64,000 bases of DNA from the human T2T-CHM13v2.0 reference genome, Homo sapiens (GCF_009914755.1 NC_060931.1), one strand, 5' to 3'; positions 13,076 through 28,190 are shown, numbered from the stretch's first letter. Numbers and translations: made by a program. The notes: a model not told the origin generated them from the sequence alone.

Positions 13076-14839
13076 CAGCAGATGCCAGGTGAACATGTGC
13101 AGATCAAGGCAAGGCTGCCTGCATCAGAGCCCACCAGGGGATTCGCTGGTCCAGGAGTTCTGGGTGGGGCCTGGGAATGTGTACTAGAAACAACTTCCCA
13201 CGCAACGTTAACACACAGCTGGAATCACTGCCCTTTCTGTGTTTTATGATTGTTGGACAAAAAAAAAAAAAAGGTGAATGGAAAAGGAAAAGTGAGACTG
13301 AAGTAACAAGAGTGGGAGCATGAGGGAGGATCCCTGTGGGTCAGACACACTCAGAGGGTGGGAAGGAGAGAGAGAGGAACAGCTTCAAGTCAAGAGGCTT
13401 CCAGCAGCTGCAGAGACAGGGACAGTCTGAGCCACAGCAGCTGGGACACAGGCACACTGGTCAGTTAAGGGGATCTTGGCTGGACACCCATAGCATTAGC
13501 TCCAGTATGAAATGCATTAGAAAGGACGAAGCTGAGTTGACTGTGAGCTGTTGTTCTCGCGGTTAATCCTAGACAAGGGAAGGGCAGGCTGTCTTTAGCT
13601 TCAGTACACACTGTCCACGTGGCTCAGCAAAAAGCTAGGGGGTTTCTGTGACCATGGCCGCTGATGGCTCCAGCCTCCTCTGCTTCTGTGGATCTGTTTT
13701 TATCATGTTACTGAAAGGGTGTTAATAGATGGAAGAAGAAAGAGAGCGTCTACTTTCCCGTTTCCTTTCTCTTACTAAGGCTTGTTTCAGTAGTGCTGAG
13801 AAATTAACTGCTCAATAACTATCAGATTCAAATTACCAAAACCTCATGAATTGAGACTAGCTGCAAGAAAATCCAAAGTATAGAATTTTTCAAATGCCAT
13901 TTTATTAGTGAACAGCACATACAATAATGTGTCGTCTGTTAGACATTTTCAAGTGGGATGGAGGTGGCAGAGGCTCCAGAACCTCCCATACCCTTGTGCT
14001 GCTCCATCTGCACCCTTTGCTCTGACTTTGTCCTCCCTTTCACTTCCAAAAAGTTCCTGTTAGACGCATACACATAAGATGAGAACTTCATCTCATTCAC
14101 TCAGTGCCACTACCCTTGCATCTTATGGAGAAAGAACCACTCATGTATGCCCCCTTCATGCAGTGCTGCTGGGTACTCCACATTGTGCTCAGGGCTAAGA
14201 GTACAACCCAGGAAAGCCTGACTCTTACCTCTAAAAGCCCACCGTGGAGTGTCCCATGAGCTTGGACTTACAATGCTACCCAGTGAGTGCTATCCAGAAG
14301 TAGACACAGTATATTTTGGGCGCACAGGGAAGAAATGAAAACTCCATCTGTGTACAGGAAAGGGCAAGAAGTGTTTTTAAAAGGAATTAGTTTTAGTCTT
14401 AAAATATGAATAGGAATTTTCCAGGTCAGAGGGTGGGCGGAGTGGGGTTTCCAGGAAGAGGGAAGCCGTGGGCATACGCACAGAGGCAAGAAAGCTGAGA
14501 AGGAGTTGGGACGCTGCAGATAATTGCGGGGGCGACCACTGCACACTGAAGGCCGGCTGGATCAGACAGGCCTCTCTAATTTAAGAATGGTATCTTTCCA
14601 AACAGAGAGGACAATTTTGCCTTCAAAATATCTCTAATTCTCACAGATATTTTAGTTAAAAATTAATTATTTCAACAAATGTGAACTAATAACCTAAAGT
14701 TCGCCTGGTCAGTAGATTTAAACATGGATCAGATCAAAATTCATGTTCAAATTTGGATGGCTCCGAGTCTTCCTCTGTCCTAACAGCCTCACCACCCACA
14801 ACACACGGCCCGGCTCTCAGTGGGAAGCTTCCCTTGAGG

Positions 14840-14912
14840 CTAGTGCCCCCTGTTACCCCTGGAGACCCTGAAGGACACCTCTGACATGCCCCCTGCAGGC
14901 CATCTGCTGCTG
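14840..14912 (-). promoter_or_regulatory. Cluster of co-oriented CTCF-like motifs
   Basis: Minus strand TGGCCTGCAGGGGGCAT (14886-14902), plus weaker TAACAGGGGGCACTA and GCAGCAGATGGCC. Confidence 0.35.
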
Positions 14913-15817
14913 CTTCATTCAGTGGTCTCCTGGCCCCTGCAGACTCCAGGCTGCCTGAAGTAGCTTCCAGCTGGCTCCTGGGGCAACAGCTCAGGGGTGG
15001 GTTCTAGAGTGGGAGAGTGGCCTTCTCTTTATCATCTTAGTCCAGAGAGGTGATGCTTACTCCCAAAACCTCACAAAATATACTTTGAAAGCAGCTCTAT
15101 CAGCTTCTAAGTTTCCCTCTCCCCACAATGACCAGGCATGGCCAGGAAGCAAGCTGTTCTCATTCTCCTCTGGCCCCAGCCTGCTCACAGCATTGGTCCT
15201 TACCCCTTCTCAAGTGCAAGAAGAAAGCCTTCTGTGTATGTATGAAGGAAAACAAATGGGGAGGAGGCCAAAAAGCCAGAAGGCCCAGTGAGGGCTTGAA
15301 TTCTGACTGGAGAAATGAGAAGGAAGGGGAAATATGGACTCTCCTCTCAGGACCTAGCAAAAGAACTGGAGAAATAAGATGCAGTGAGTATAAACATGAG
15401 CAGGGAGTGAAAATGAAGCCCAAGGCTACATAGAAAGTATCTTGAAGGGTAACAAGCTAATGGTCTATTTTATTTTATATTATTTTATTGGAGAGAGGAG
15501 TAAGAGGAGGTGCATTTTAAAGAATATTTAATGTATTTGTATTTAACTTTCGGAGTTGATCATTCACATGGTTCAAAATTCCAAATGGATGAATGAGTGT
15601 ACAATAAATGTTTCCTGTCTCTGTGCCCAAACACCCAGTTTCCTCCCCATAAACACCCAACATTAACTGTTTTTGCATATCCTTCAAGAGACACATACAA
15701 GCAAATGCTTATACATATGTTCCCCTTTTATTTCACAAATGGTAGCATATTTACACCAAATTCTACACTGTACTGTTTCCATTTAAGAATGTATCTTGAA
15801 GATATTTTTATACTGAC

Positions 15818-16159
15818 TGCTGTGGTCCAAATGTGTCTCTCTAAAATTCATATATTGAAATCCTAACCCCCAAGATAATGGTATTTGGAGTAAGTGATTT
15901 TGGGAGGTGATGAGGCCATGGGGAGAAGCCCTCATGAATTGGAATTATGCCTTTATAAAAGAGGCCCCAGAGAGACCCTTCCCTCTTCTATCATATGAAG
16001 ACACAGCTAAAAGGCTTCTTGAACCAGAAAGACACTGAATCCGCCGGCAAGCTGACCTTGGACTTCCCAGTCTTCAGAACTGTGAGAAATAAATTTCTGT
16101 TGCTAATAAGCAACCCAGTCTATGGTACTTTTTTATAGCAGCCCAAAAGAACAAAAACA
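15818..16159 (+). mobile_element. MLT1A0 MaLR solo LTR
   Basis: TGCTGTGG…AAATTCATATATTGAAATCCTAACCCCC…AGAACTGTGAGAAATAAATTTCTGTTG…ACA. Confidence 0.9.
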
Positions 16160-16895
16160 CTGTTACATAAAGATGTCCTTATTCTCTTTTATAGCTGCAT
16201 AATATGATTCCACTGTGTGAATGTCCAAAGGTTTCTTTAACAAGGCCTATTTATAAGTATTTTCATTGTATACAATCTTTTGCTACTCAAACAATGCTTC
16301 AGTGAATAGCCTTGTGCATATGTCAGTCCATTAATGAATGAGTTTATCTGTGGGATAATTTCCTAGAAGTAAATGCTGGGTGAAAAGGTGTGTGCAAAAT
16401 TTGTAATTTTGACAGTTATTACCAAATTATCCTCCAAAAATATCATTTCAATTTACACTTCCACCAGTAGTGTAAGAGAGTGTCTCTTCCCCACACCCTC
16501 ATTAACATTATCAAATTATTTGCCTTTTGTCATTTATATGAAAGATAAAAAATGGTCACTCAGGGTATGGTAATTTGAGTTTCTCTTGTTCTGAGTAACA
16601 TTGGATATTTTGTTTCCTGTTTTTACAGAGCCATTTATATGTTTTTTCTGTGAAAAATCTGTCACAGTCTTTGCCTGTTTTATTATGGTGTTGCTAATAT
16701 TTTGTTCTTTTGTAGAGATCTTTCCACAGGAGGAGAGAAAGAAGCCCTGGTCTATAATATGAGATACCAGTTTGGGACACACCTCATTTGATTTCATTTA
16801 TATGACATTTTGACTATGCAGATTTTTGGTTTGATGCAATTGGTGGATTAGTCTTTCCTTTGTGGCCTCTAAATTTTGTGTCATAAAGAAGTCCT

Positions 16896-17253
<358 letters not shown>

Positions 17254-17469
17254 TTAGTACTTCTGAAGATAATCATATGGCTTTTCTCCTTAAATCTATT
17301 AACAAGATATTTACTAACAGACAATCTAACATTGAATCATCCTTGTATCTATGGAGTAACTCCAGAAACTGGTCATAGTATATATTATATTTGAGTATGC
17401 TGTTGGATTCTTTTACTAGTGTTTTATTTATTTTGTACAAGTATTCATAAGGTGAGATCCTCCTTATCC

Positions 17470-19370
<1,901 letters not shown>

Positions 19371-19439
19371 TTAATAAAATTCAAGCAGAAATAATTTTTT
19401 TTAAAAAAGATAAAATACAGTGCTTTTAAGACTCAGAAT

Positions 19440-19968
19440 AATGGGTACTGTCAAATTCTACAAAGTGGAAGAAAAAATAGTAAAACCCATTTGTAAGTCA
19501 ATTGACAATTTTAACAGTTATGTCAAAAACCTTAAAATGTTTATACCCTTTGACCCAGCAGTTTCAAAATAATAACTAAAAAGATGTTCAATAAAGCATT
19601 ACTTATAATAGCAAAAGTACAGAAATAGATGAAAAGTTCAATAATAGGGTGAAATGATTTATAGTTCATCCCCATGGAGTTGGAGATGTGTAAGATCATA
19701 GAACAAAGTTAATGTTATAAGCCCATATGTGTAAAATAAGTAAAAGGAAAGAAGAAAGGAAAGAAAGAAGGCAGGCAGCCAGGGAGGTAGAGGAGAGAAG
19801 AGAATGAGGAAGAAAAAAGAAAGAGGAAGAGAAGATGGATAAAGAGAGGAAGGATTTACACTATAATATTAACAGACATACTTTTGGAGGGACGAAGCTA
19901 CAGGTATATTGAATCTTTTCTTTGGGCTTCTCTATATCTTCTAAATTTTCCAAAAAAAAAAAAAAAAA
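19440..19968 (+). mobile_element. L1ME 3' end with internal purine-rich tract (19742-19855)
   Basis: ATACCCTTTGACCCAGCA, TTATAATAGCAAAA, L1ME-like terminus followed by an A run. Confidence 0.65.
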
Positions 19969-20951
19969 ACTAGTAGGTCAAGACCTATGCTGAAGCAGAC
20001 ATATCTTTTGCCCCACTCCTCGCCAACACACAAAAATATACTCCGCAACGTCCCAGACCATGGTGCCACTGCTTTCCTCTATTCTCACTCTCGAACCCAG
20101 AATCTCAGCTAAAACTGTTGATGTGCTCCACCTGGTCCCAGGGGTCTAACTCAACAAAGAAATGCTCTAAGGAGAATTTGACTCTTAGTTTTGAATAGGA
20201 AACATTGATAGTAACTATTATCTTTTGTGAAACAAAAATATATAGTGTTTTTAAAGATCTAATTTAAGCAACTTACAGACAATAGAGTAACCCGACAGAG
20301 TCTCTCCATTGTAGTGAGATGAGTTTGGGTTGAGAAGGCTGTGTCAGGTATTTCTTATCATTCTTCTGAGTCTGCACCCTCTTGAACTAACCTCTCATTA
20401 CACAATCGTGTATGTTTTGAAAGGTATCCTCTCTTAGGTTAGGAAATGTACTATACTTGAGCACTATCTACAATTGTTAAATTTCACATGTGAAGAATGG
20501 ACCCTTGAGCAACTATTCTTATGTAGGGTTAGCTTTGCCACTTCCATCTCAACTATGCACAGATCCACGTGTGTTATAGGTGATATTTTGGGGATATTAA
20601 CTGAAGGTTTTCATTCCTGGAATAAAATGGCTCTAATGTCTTGTAGCCACCACCCATCTACTCCCCCGTTGAGTCAAATGTATTCTGGTGTAATTTGAGT
20701 GTCTGTCTCCTGATATTTTTTAATGTTTAGGCATTTAATGCCCACTCTGATATGGGCTTGCAGGGACAACATGCTGACACTAAAGAAAATTACTAGCAGA
20801 AAAAAAGGAAAAAGATACCTGTGGGTGCTCTTTTAAAAATTAAAATCCATGGAAGATGGCACCATCTGTCAAGCCCTCCAAATGCTTTCACCAATAACAC
20901 CATCCCTAGCTCCCAACCCTCCAAACCCATGTCAACACAGATTACTCTTCC

Positions 20952-21072
20952 TTTTTTTGAGACGGAGTCTTACCCTGTCACCCAGTCCCCCAGTGCAGTA
21001 GCTTGATCTCAGCTCACTGCAACCTCAATCTCCCAAAGTGTTGGGATTACAAGTGTGAGCCACCATGCCCTG
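20952..21072 (-). mobile_element. Internally deleted ~120-bp Alu (left-arm 5' end fused to right-arm 3' end)
   Basis: GAGACGGAGTCT…CACTGCAACCTC joined to TCCCAAAGTGTTGGGATTACA…; TSD CAGATTACTCT on both sides. Confidence 0.9.
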
Positions 21073-23074
21073 CAGATTACTCTCCTAAAGTTCCATTTCC
21101 TTTTCCCTCTCTTCCAGACTACCTGTTGATTAATTTAAATTCAATGCCTTCTAGACTCCAGAGTACTGTATGTATTATGGGGAACCACTCCCTGAGACAG
21201 TGTGGTAAATGATCAGGGTAACTCTGATCATGACAACTGGTTCTGAAGCATCAGCATGGAAGCCAAGCCTTTTCCTTGTCCACACTAAGGGGCAAATGTG
21301 GGGAAATAGAAAGAAATCTGTCCCCTCACATCCTAACAATAAACATACCAATTGTGTAGTTATGATTTTGGCTACATTTCACTTACTTATCAACTGTTGT
21401 AAAATTATCCAACCCTATTTAAAACACGAGTCCTATCTCAGACTCTGGAAAAGCCCCTCTGATATGGATAATCATTTGTACTAAATACAACTGAGATAAG
21501 TGAAAGGAGCACCCAGAAAGGTATTTGCATAATCATCCTAGAATTCTGCCTAAATGTAAAATGGCAGAGTCTAAGAACAGAAGATCAGAGAGCTAAACAC
21601 GGAGTTACATGACCAAATTCGGAGATGCAGGATAAGTCTCAATGGATAGCCCAGAGGCTGTCTGTTGGGGAAACAGAAAACTGGTTGCCCTAGGTCACAA
21701 GCTGTGAGCACTCTCATTGGTAGCTTGGGATCACTGTCTTCATCCCAGGACCGTCTGGCACTCCATCCGCTCAGCATTCTACAGGAACCCATCAGGGCTG
21801 TGACTGGGGGCCTTGACAGGATTGGACTTGATATTTAAGATCATAAGTTGTCATTTCTCCTCAGATGGTTGTGTCCCAAAGTTTAAAACAATATTTTCTT
21901 CCTAGGAAAAGTATTAACTCTTCTCTCAAAGGAGAGTTTAACAACTGAACCTTCAACAATCTCTCTCTGGGACCAAGTTCATGGGTCCCCAAACCTACCA
22001 TCACAGAAAACGAGGCACTTAGCCAGGGAGCCAAGTGTTTCATGCACAGTTGGAAGAGTATGATTTTTCCCTTCTTTTTCAGGTTTGCCTGAAATTTTCA
22101 TCACAATTCTATATTTCAAGTACTTCGCCTGAAAGAAAATATTTTTTTCCTTTGGTGCTTACTGAAAATTTAGCAAACAGTAGGAGGTGATTTAGTGTGC
22201 CTGGCATATGTAGAAAATAAAATGCTTTGTTATTTTCATGTCTGAATACAAAAATCCATAGAGGCTACACTTTTCAGACATTCTTGATGATTGCCATTGT
22301 ACAAGAAAAATTATTTTCTTTACTTCTCAGTCCAACAAAGATCAGCGTGAGAGGGCTCAGCCAAGGCTTCTGAAAAACTAGGAACACAGTCCCCAAAGTG
22401 CACTGGCTGACAAACAGAGTGGGGAAGAAACAATGCAATATTTGGAATTTGAAACGCCAGCTTTGACAGGAAGCTGATGATCAAACAAACTATATTTGTT
22501 TCTCTTTTATTTTCTGTCTGAGGAATTTGCCTTTTAAGTACTGATTTTTTTTAACTTAATGGCATACGCTGCCCACTGACTCAGGATCTCTAAGATGAAA
22601 CAAAGAAGCTATCTGGATATTTCATCTTAGAGGGCCATTAATTGTCTACTGATTATGTCATCATATCAAGGTTCATCACAGGAAGGAATATTCAGAAAGT
22701 TAAGAACACAGAAACAGTAAGAGAGCTCACCCTCAGCTGTTTTTTGAACCTAGCCACACATATGTTGGTATTTACACATGTTTTTACCAAACACACTAAC
22801 ATGGGTCAATCAGGAATGTATAAGTGCCATCTCTTCAAAAGGGGTTATCATAGATGGCATAATTAATCTTTGAAACTTCACTAAAGGATACTGTGCTCTC
22901 AAAATCAATGTGTTTCTCTACCACTTCCAGGTGTTTGCAAGATTGTAATACTAGAAAAGGAAAGGAAAGACAGAAAGATGGCCTCATTTTCACAGACACA
23001 GTGGGCTGGATGAGGAAGGAACAAACCCTTGCCTACTTCTGATCTGGGAAAATAACCATCAGTATACCTGGCTC

Positions 23075-23376
23075 CAAGAGTTCTCAAATGACCCTCTAGG
23101 GGTTCGTGATGACTCATGAAAAAGTTTGCAATTGTTTGCAACGCAATGAGAGAGAAAATAATACAATGGCAGTTAAAGGGGATTTTTTTAAAGCTCAATT
23201 TATTCTGTGTAAAGATCATTACCTTACTCCTTAATTAAATACTTTTTATGTTAGGGTGGTAAAATATATTTTTAATAGTATATTGATGATAGTAGAGGAT
23301 GGGTTTTCATTGGTGTTTTAATCTTTGTATTTTGCAAAATAAAAAAGTTGGTGTTGCTGAGTTCTGGGAGCCACTG
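23075..23376. mobile_element. Possible hAT-Charlie MITE
   Basis: Ends CAAGAGTTCTCAAA…TTCTGGGAGCCACTG resemble Charlie TIRs; AT-rich interior. Confidence 0.4.
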
Positions 23377-23392
23377 AAGGACACTGCACAAC

Positions 23393-23562
23393 CAGAGTGG
23401 TGTTTTCCATTCTGGAGGTACATTCGAATGCCTGGGATACTGAACCAATACTGATGCCCACTCTCCACCCAAAATCAATCCCATCAGCATCTCTGCAGGT
23501 GGGGCTCTGAGTCAACATTGTTTTTAAAGTTCTCCAAGTGCAGCCAAGATTGAGAAGCTCTG
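23393..23562. mobile_element. MER5-like hAT MITE
   Basis: ATCAGCATCTCTGCAGGTGGGGC…GCAGCCAAGATTGAGAAGCTCTG. Confidence 0.65.
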
Positions 23563-24203
23563 AAGGAGGAGCTGGAGGGGATGTAGTGTTCTTGCCCCGT
23601 CTGTCTCTCTTTCTGCAAAGCGTTACTGCTTAACTGTTTCATAGGTGTAAGAGGTATCTATTCAATTGAATCCTAAGATTCTAAAATATAGCTGATAGTA
23701 ACTTCTTTATCCTTTATTAAATCCTGTTCAGCATCATAGATAATCTCTCAATGAAAAGCAGGCCTTAAAAATTATTTCAGAAAGAATAAAAAAAATGCCA
23801 TGGCTTGACAGCAGTAGGTTAGAGTTTAAAGGAGGGTCCCAAGAAACATTTGGTTTTCGTTTTCACAGAAACTGTTTTAAAAGGCTGTTGAACTTCTCAG
23901 TATATAAGAAAATATAAATAATAAGTAGGAGATAGTGTGGAAAGAAATGAGGTTTTAAAACATGGAAACAGAGAAATTGAAAAAGAAATAAATAGACAAG
24001 CTAATAAAAAATGTAAGATGATGTGAGAATTGTGACACTAAAACAACAAAGTGCTACAGCCTGTAAGAGAAGGCGCTCCCCACAACCCCTCAGTATCCTC
24101 CCCTCCCAAACACTGCCTGTTGTTCACCCTTAAGGTACCACTGTCCTGATTTTTGACACTCACTTCCTTGCTTTTCTTTAAAATGTTAATATCTAAACAT
24201 ATA

Positions 24204-24996
24204 CAGTAAATTCTCACTTGACACAGATAGGTTCTTGGAAACTGTAACTTTAAGCAAAAGGACTCTAATAAAACAAATTTTGCCACAGGCTAACTGATAC
24301 AAATTCCTCTGGCATATTTCTGGTTACAAAAACATCACCAAACTTCTAAACAAAGACCCCAAACACTTCTAATAGCAAACATTGGGATAAATGTGAGCTG
24401 CATATACATTTAAGAAAGATTAATAAAAACAAAGAAAATAATTACTCAATTTCTGGTGAATCACTGAGTGACAGTGTTAGTAGTGGTGGCCTAAATCAAG
24501 GAATAAATATTTGTGAAGTGAAAATTGTAAAGAGCACCTCCTATAAACATGTAGTTCAAACAATCACAAATAGGGCAGGCTCACTGAGAGCTTTCTACAG
24601 CATCGTTTATTGTTGTGCATTTGTATAACTATCATAGACTATGAATTTGTATTTGACAGTAATTTGTACTCATTCATTCATTTTTCATCCTGCTTATTTG
24701 AGTTCAGGGTCACCGATGGCCTCAGCCTCTGCGGCAATTCAGAGCACAAGGGAGGCCCAGCCCTGTGCAGGACGCCATCCCATCACAGGGCCTCTCACAG
24801 CCAACCACCCTCACTCAGACTGGGACCACATAGCCATGCCCATGGACCTCAAGTGCACCTGGAGGAAACCCAAGTACACATCAGTAGAACATGCAACCTC
24901 AACACAGACAGTGGCCCCAGCTGGGAATCAACTTTTTTTCTCATCAATGTTATGGGCAAATGATACTAAATGAAGCAACTATTGAAGAACATGCTA
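24204..24996 (-). mobile_element. MER6 (TcMar-Tigger-type), near full length
   Basis: TA|CAGTAAATTCTCACTTG left end. The minus strand reads TTGATGAGAAAAAAAGTTGATTCCCAGCTGGGGCCACTGTCTGTGT, as in MER6. Confidence 0.85.
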
Positions 24997-24998
24997 TG

Positions 24999-25776
24999 CA
25001 TAATAGATTGAATGATCACTTTCATTTTTTTATCCCTTCCTGTAGCCATGGTTTTTGCTAGTCATACTACCTGGTCCACTGACTTTGGGCTTGTCCATAT
25101 GACAGGTTTTGGCCAACAGAATGTATGTAGAAGGAACAATGCACCAGTTCTGAATCTAGGCCTTAAGAAACTTCACACCTGTTTATCTGTCTTTCTTTCC
25201 TTTTAAATGCTTTCAAAATGTTATTTTCTTGGGGAAAAAAGAAGACAGAATCTACAGTTACTTAAAGAGAAAAAACTTGAATAAATATTCATCATGACCC
25301 AATATACTTTCAGGGAGGCAAAGGCATCATTACAATGCGAATTTTTCTTTGCTTTTTTTCCTCCCTAAAAAACATTATAGAGATATATTTATATGACATA
25401 CAATCGACTAATTTAAATTGTACAATTGAATTATTTTTAATTTATTCAGAGTTGTGCATTTATCACTACAACTACTTTTAGAAAGTATTCATAATCTTAA
25501 AATTAAAAACCATACCCGTTAGCAATCACTCCCCATTTCACCCAAGAGGATTTATGTGTTTCTGCTTGCTGTTTTACACACAAGTTAGCATGCTGATTCA
25601 AGATGCATGTAGAGAAAACACAGAACCCACCTAGAACTAGAGACATGTAAACAACCCCAGCCCAGATCAGTCAAACCTCAGCCCAATCACAGACACACAA
25701 AAAAGACACATGCTATTGTGGTATGCTAGTAAGATTTTTGCAGGGTTTTGTTATGCAGCAATGGCTGACTGTTACA
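24999..25776 (+). mobile_element. MLT1H-like LTR interrupted at ~25190-25543
   Basis: TTTGGCCAACAGAATG…CCAGTTCTGAATCTAGGCCTTAAG; end TTGTTATGCAGCAATGGCTGACTGTTACA. Confidence 0.7.
25368..25543 (-). mobile_element. L1MB-type 3' terminal fragment
   Basis: AATTTAAATTGTACAATT…CAGAGTTGTGCA…CCCGTTAGCAATCACTCCCCATT. Confidence 0.8.
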
Positions 25777-26037
25777 AGCAAGTCATAGACAGAAAATATT
25801 TACAAAACACAGATCTGAAAAAGAACTCTCACAGCTCAATAACAAGAACGTTTTAAAAACCTAATTTTAAAAAATTAAAAAAATTTTTGAGCAAATATTT
25901 CAGCAAAGAAGATAGATGGGTATAAAATAAGCACATGCAAACAGGCTCAACATCATTAATCATTAAAACTACAGTGAGATACCACTATAAACCTATTAGA
26001 ATGGCTGAAATAGAAATTAGTCAATCTGAAAACACAC

Positions 26038-26390
26038 TGTCTTAGTCCATTTAGGCTGCCATAACAAATTGGGTGCCTTATAAACAACATAAACTTATTT
26101 CTCATCATTCTGGAGGCTGGGAAGTCCAAGATCAAGACACCAGCAGTTTTGGCGTCTGGTGAGGGCCCACTTTCTGGTTCACATACAGCACCTTCTAGCT
26201 GTGTCTTCACATGATAAAAAGAGTGACTGAGCTTCCTGTGGCCTCTTTTATAAAGGCACTAATTTCATTCGTGAAGATTCTGCCTTCATGACCTAATCAA
26301 GACCAAAGGCCCCAAGTTCTAATACCATATCTTATAGGTTAGGATTTCAACGTATTAATTTGCTGGGACACAAACATTGAGATCGTAGCA
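26038..26390 (-). mobile_element. MLT1A-family MaLR solo LTR
   Basis: TGTCTTAGTCCATTTAGGCTGCCATAACAAA…TTCTGGAGGCTGGGAAGTCCAAGATCAAG…TAGCA. Confidence 0.9.
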
Positions 26391-26648
26391 TCAACTGTTG
26401 GCAAAGATGCAGAACAACGTGTATTTTCATGGATTACTGACGGAAATACACAATGTTACAAGAGCCCCTTTGACAACAGTTTGGTTGCTTCTTATAAAGG
26501 TAAATATCCATGTAACATATGATCTAGCAGTCTCACACCTAGGCATTTACTTGAGAGAAATGAAAACATATGTTCACACAAAAGTCTATACATAATTGTT
26601 TATAACCACTTTAAGTCACCAAAAGCTGAAACTAACACAAAAGTCCGT

Positions 26649-26980
26649 TGCTGCAGACTGAATGTTTGTATCCCTCCAAAATTAAGACATTGAAACTCAA
26701 TCTCCAACGTAATACTATTGAAGGTGGGGCCTTTGGAAGGTGATTAGGTCATGAGGGAAGAGCCCTCGTGAGTGGGGTTATTCCCTGATAAAAGGGACTC
26801 CAGAGAGCTTTCTTGCCCCTTCTGCCATGTGAAGACACAGTGAGAAGACCGCGATCTTGAATCTAAAAGCAGGCCCTCTTGGACATCTCAGCTTCCAGAA
26901 CTGTGAGAAATAAATTTCTGCTCTTTATAAGTTACCCAGATCATTGTAGTTTGTTATAGCAGCCCTAATGGACTAAGACA
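26649..26980 (+). mobile_element. MLT1A0 MaLR solo LTR
   Basis: TGCTGCAGACTGAATGTTTG…GGACTAAGACA; degenerate TSD TCCGT/CCCAT. Confidence 0.9.
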
Positions 26981-27169
26981 CCCATCAACTGGTGCATGCA
27001 TTAACATTCTGTGGTACACTCATACAATGGAATACTATTTGGCATTAAAAAGAAATAAGCTACTGATACATTAAAGAATATAGATGAATCTCAAAAGCAT
27101 TATGCTGAATGAAAGAAGCCAGGCTGAAAAGGCTATATAATTGATGTGAGTGTATTACCAGCCTTTCAT

Positions 27170-28190
27170 TGGTTTGGGACTATTCCTCACCTTTATCTAA
27201 ATATTTCTTCTGCAAACGATTTTCCCTCTTCTCCTTCTATACTTCAACTGCTTATATATAAGACTTTCTCACTGAAATTTTCATAACTTTTATCTTGTAC
27301 CTTCCATCCTTTTTTTCTTTCAGTACTTCTTTCTGAAAGTTTTTGTCTTAACTATCTTCCAATTCACAAATCTCTATCCAGCTGTGTCTAAAATGCTGTC
27401 CATTGAATTCCAAATTTCAGTTTGTGTATTTTCCAGTCACAGATTTCCCATTCAGTAATTTTTGTATTTTCCAGTTCTCTGCAAAAATAAATAAATAAAT
27501 AAATAACCAATAATTTCATCAGAAGCATAGTTTCAAAAATTTGGTTTTTGGTAACTTTGACATTGTCATCCTCTATGTGTCTATTTCTACTATATATTGT
27601 TTCTGCTGAGCTTTGTTCATGCTACCTTATTTATTGTTGTTCCTAGTTATTTTTTGCCATATATCACATGTTGTATTTGCAAATTATTTCAAAACATAAA
27701 TTCAGATCTAGAATGATATGATCTTCCATTAGAAAGGATTTACATTTTTTTCTATCAGAATCACCTCATTCAAATTTCAGAGATTAAGATAAGATTAAGT
27801 TGTGCTTCAATCTATGCAAAGACCAGAGTACCCACAGTTTACTGTTAGTCCTGCTGTGCAAGTTTCTATGGTCTCAACCCAAGTGAGAAGTTTTACTCAC
27901 TGTTTCTCTTTGGTTCCTGGATTTCAATCCCTGTACCACTAACTCTGAGAGGCTCTCAGAATTTCTCAACTTCCCAGCTGCCCATTGTGAGATAGGCACA
28001 TATTCCCCAGGAAAAAGGATCTTCCAAGTGTTGAGCCTTTTTCTCCTTCATATCATGGCCCAGTATTTCTTCATGATCTTATTTGCCCTCCGGCACCTTC
28101 AAGCATGTTTTATTAATATTTTGTCAAGCTTTAAATATGTCTTAAGTAACAGGGCTGATTTGAATTATTTATTCCACTATTAAGAAAAGC
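27170..28190 (-). mobile_element. L1ME 5' region remnant
   Basis: AAATATTTCTTCTGC, CTATCTTCCAATTCAC, CAGCTGTGTCTAA motifs; (TAAA)n at ~27485-27505. Confidence 0.55.

Larger units (their letters stand above)
25780..27145 (+). mobile_element. L1MB/MC ORF2 end and 3' region, interrupted by two MLT1A LTRs
   Basis: CTCAACATCATTAATC, CAGTGAGATACCACT, GAGAAATGAAAACATATGTTCACAC, ATACAATGGAATACTA. Confidence 0.85.

Noticed and set aside
19742-19855. Purine-rich tract as H-DNA
   Set aside because: Interrupted and lacking a clear mirror repeat; ordinary low-complexity expansion.
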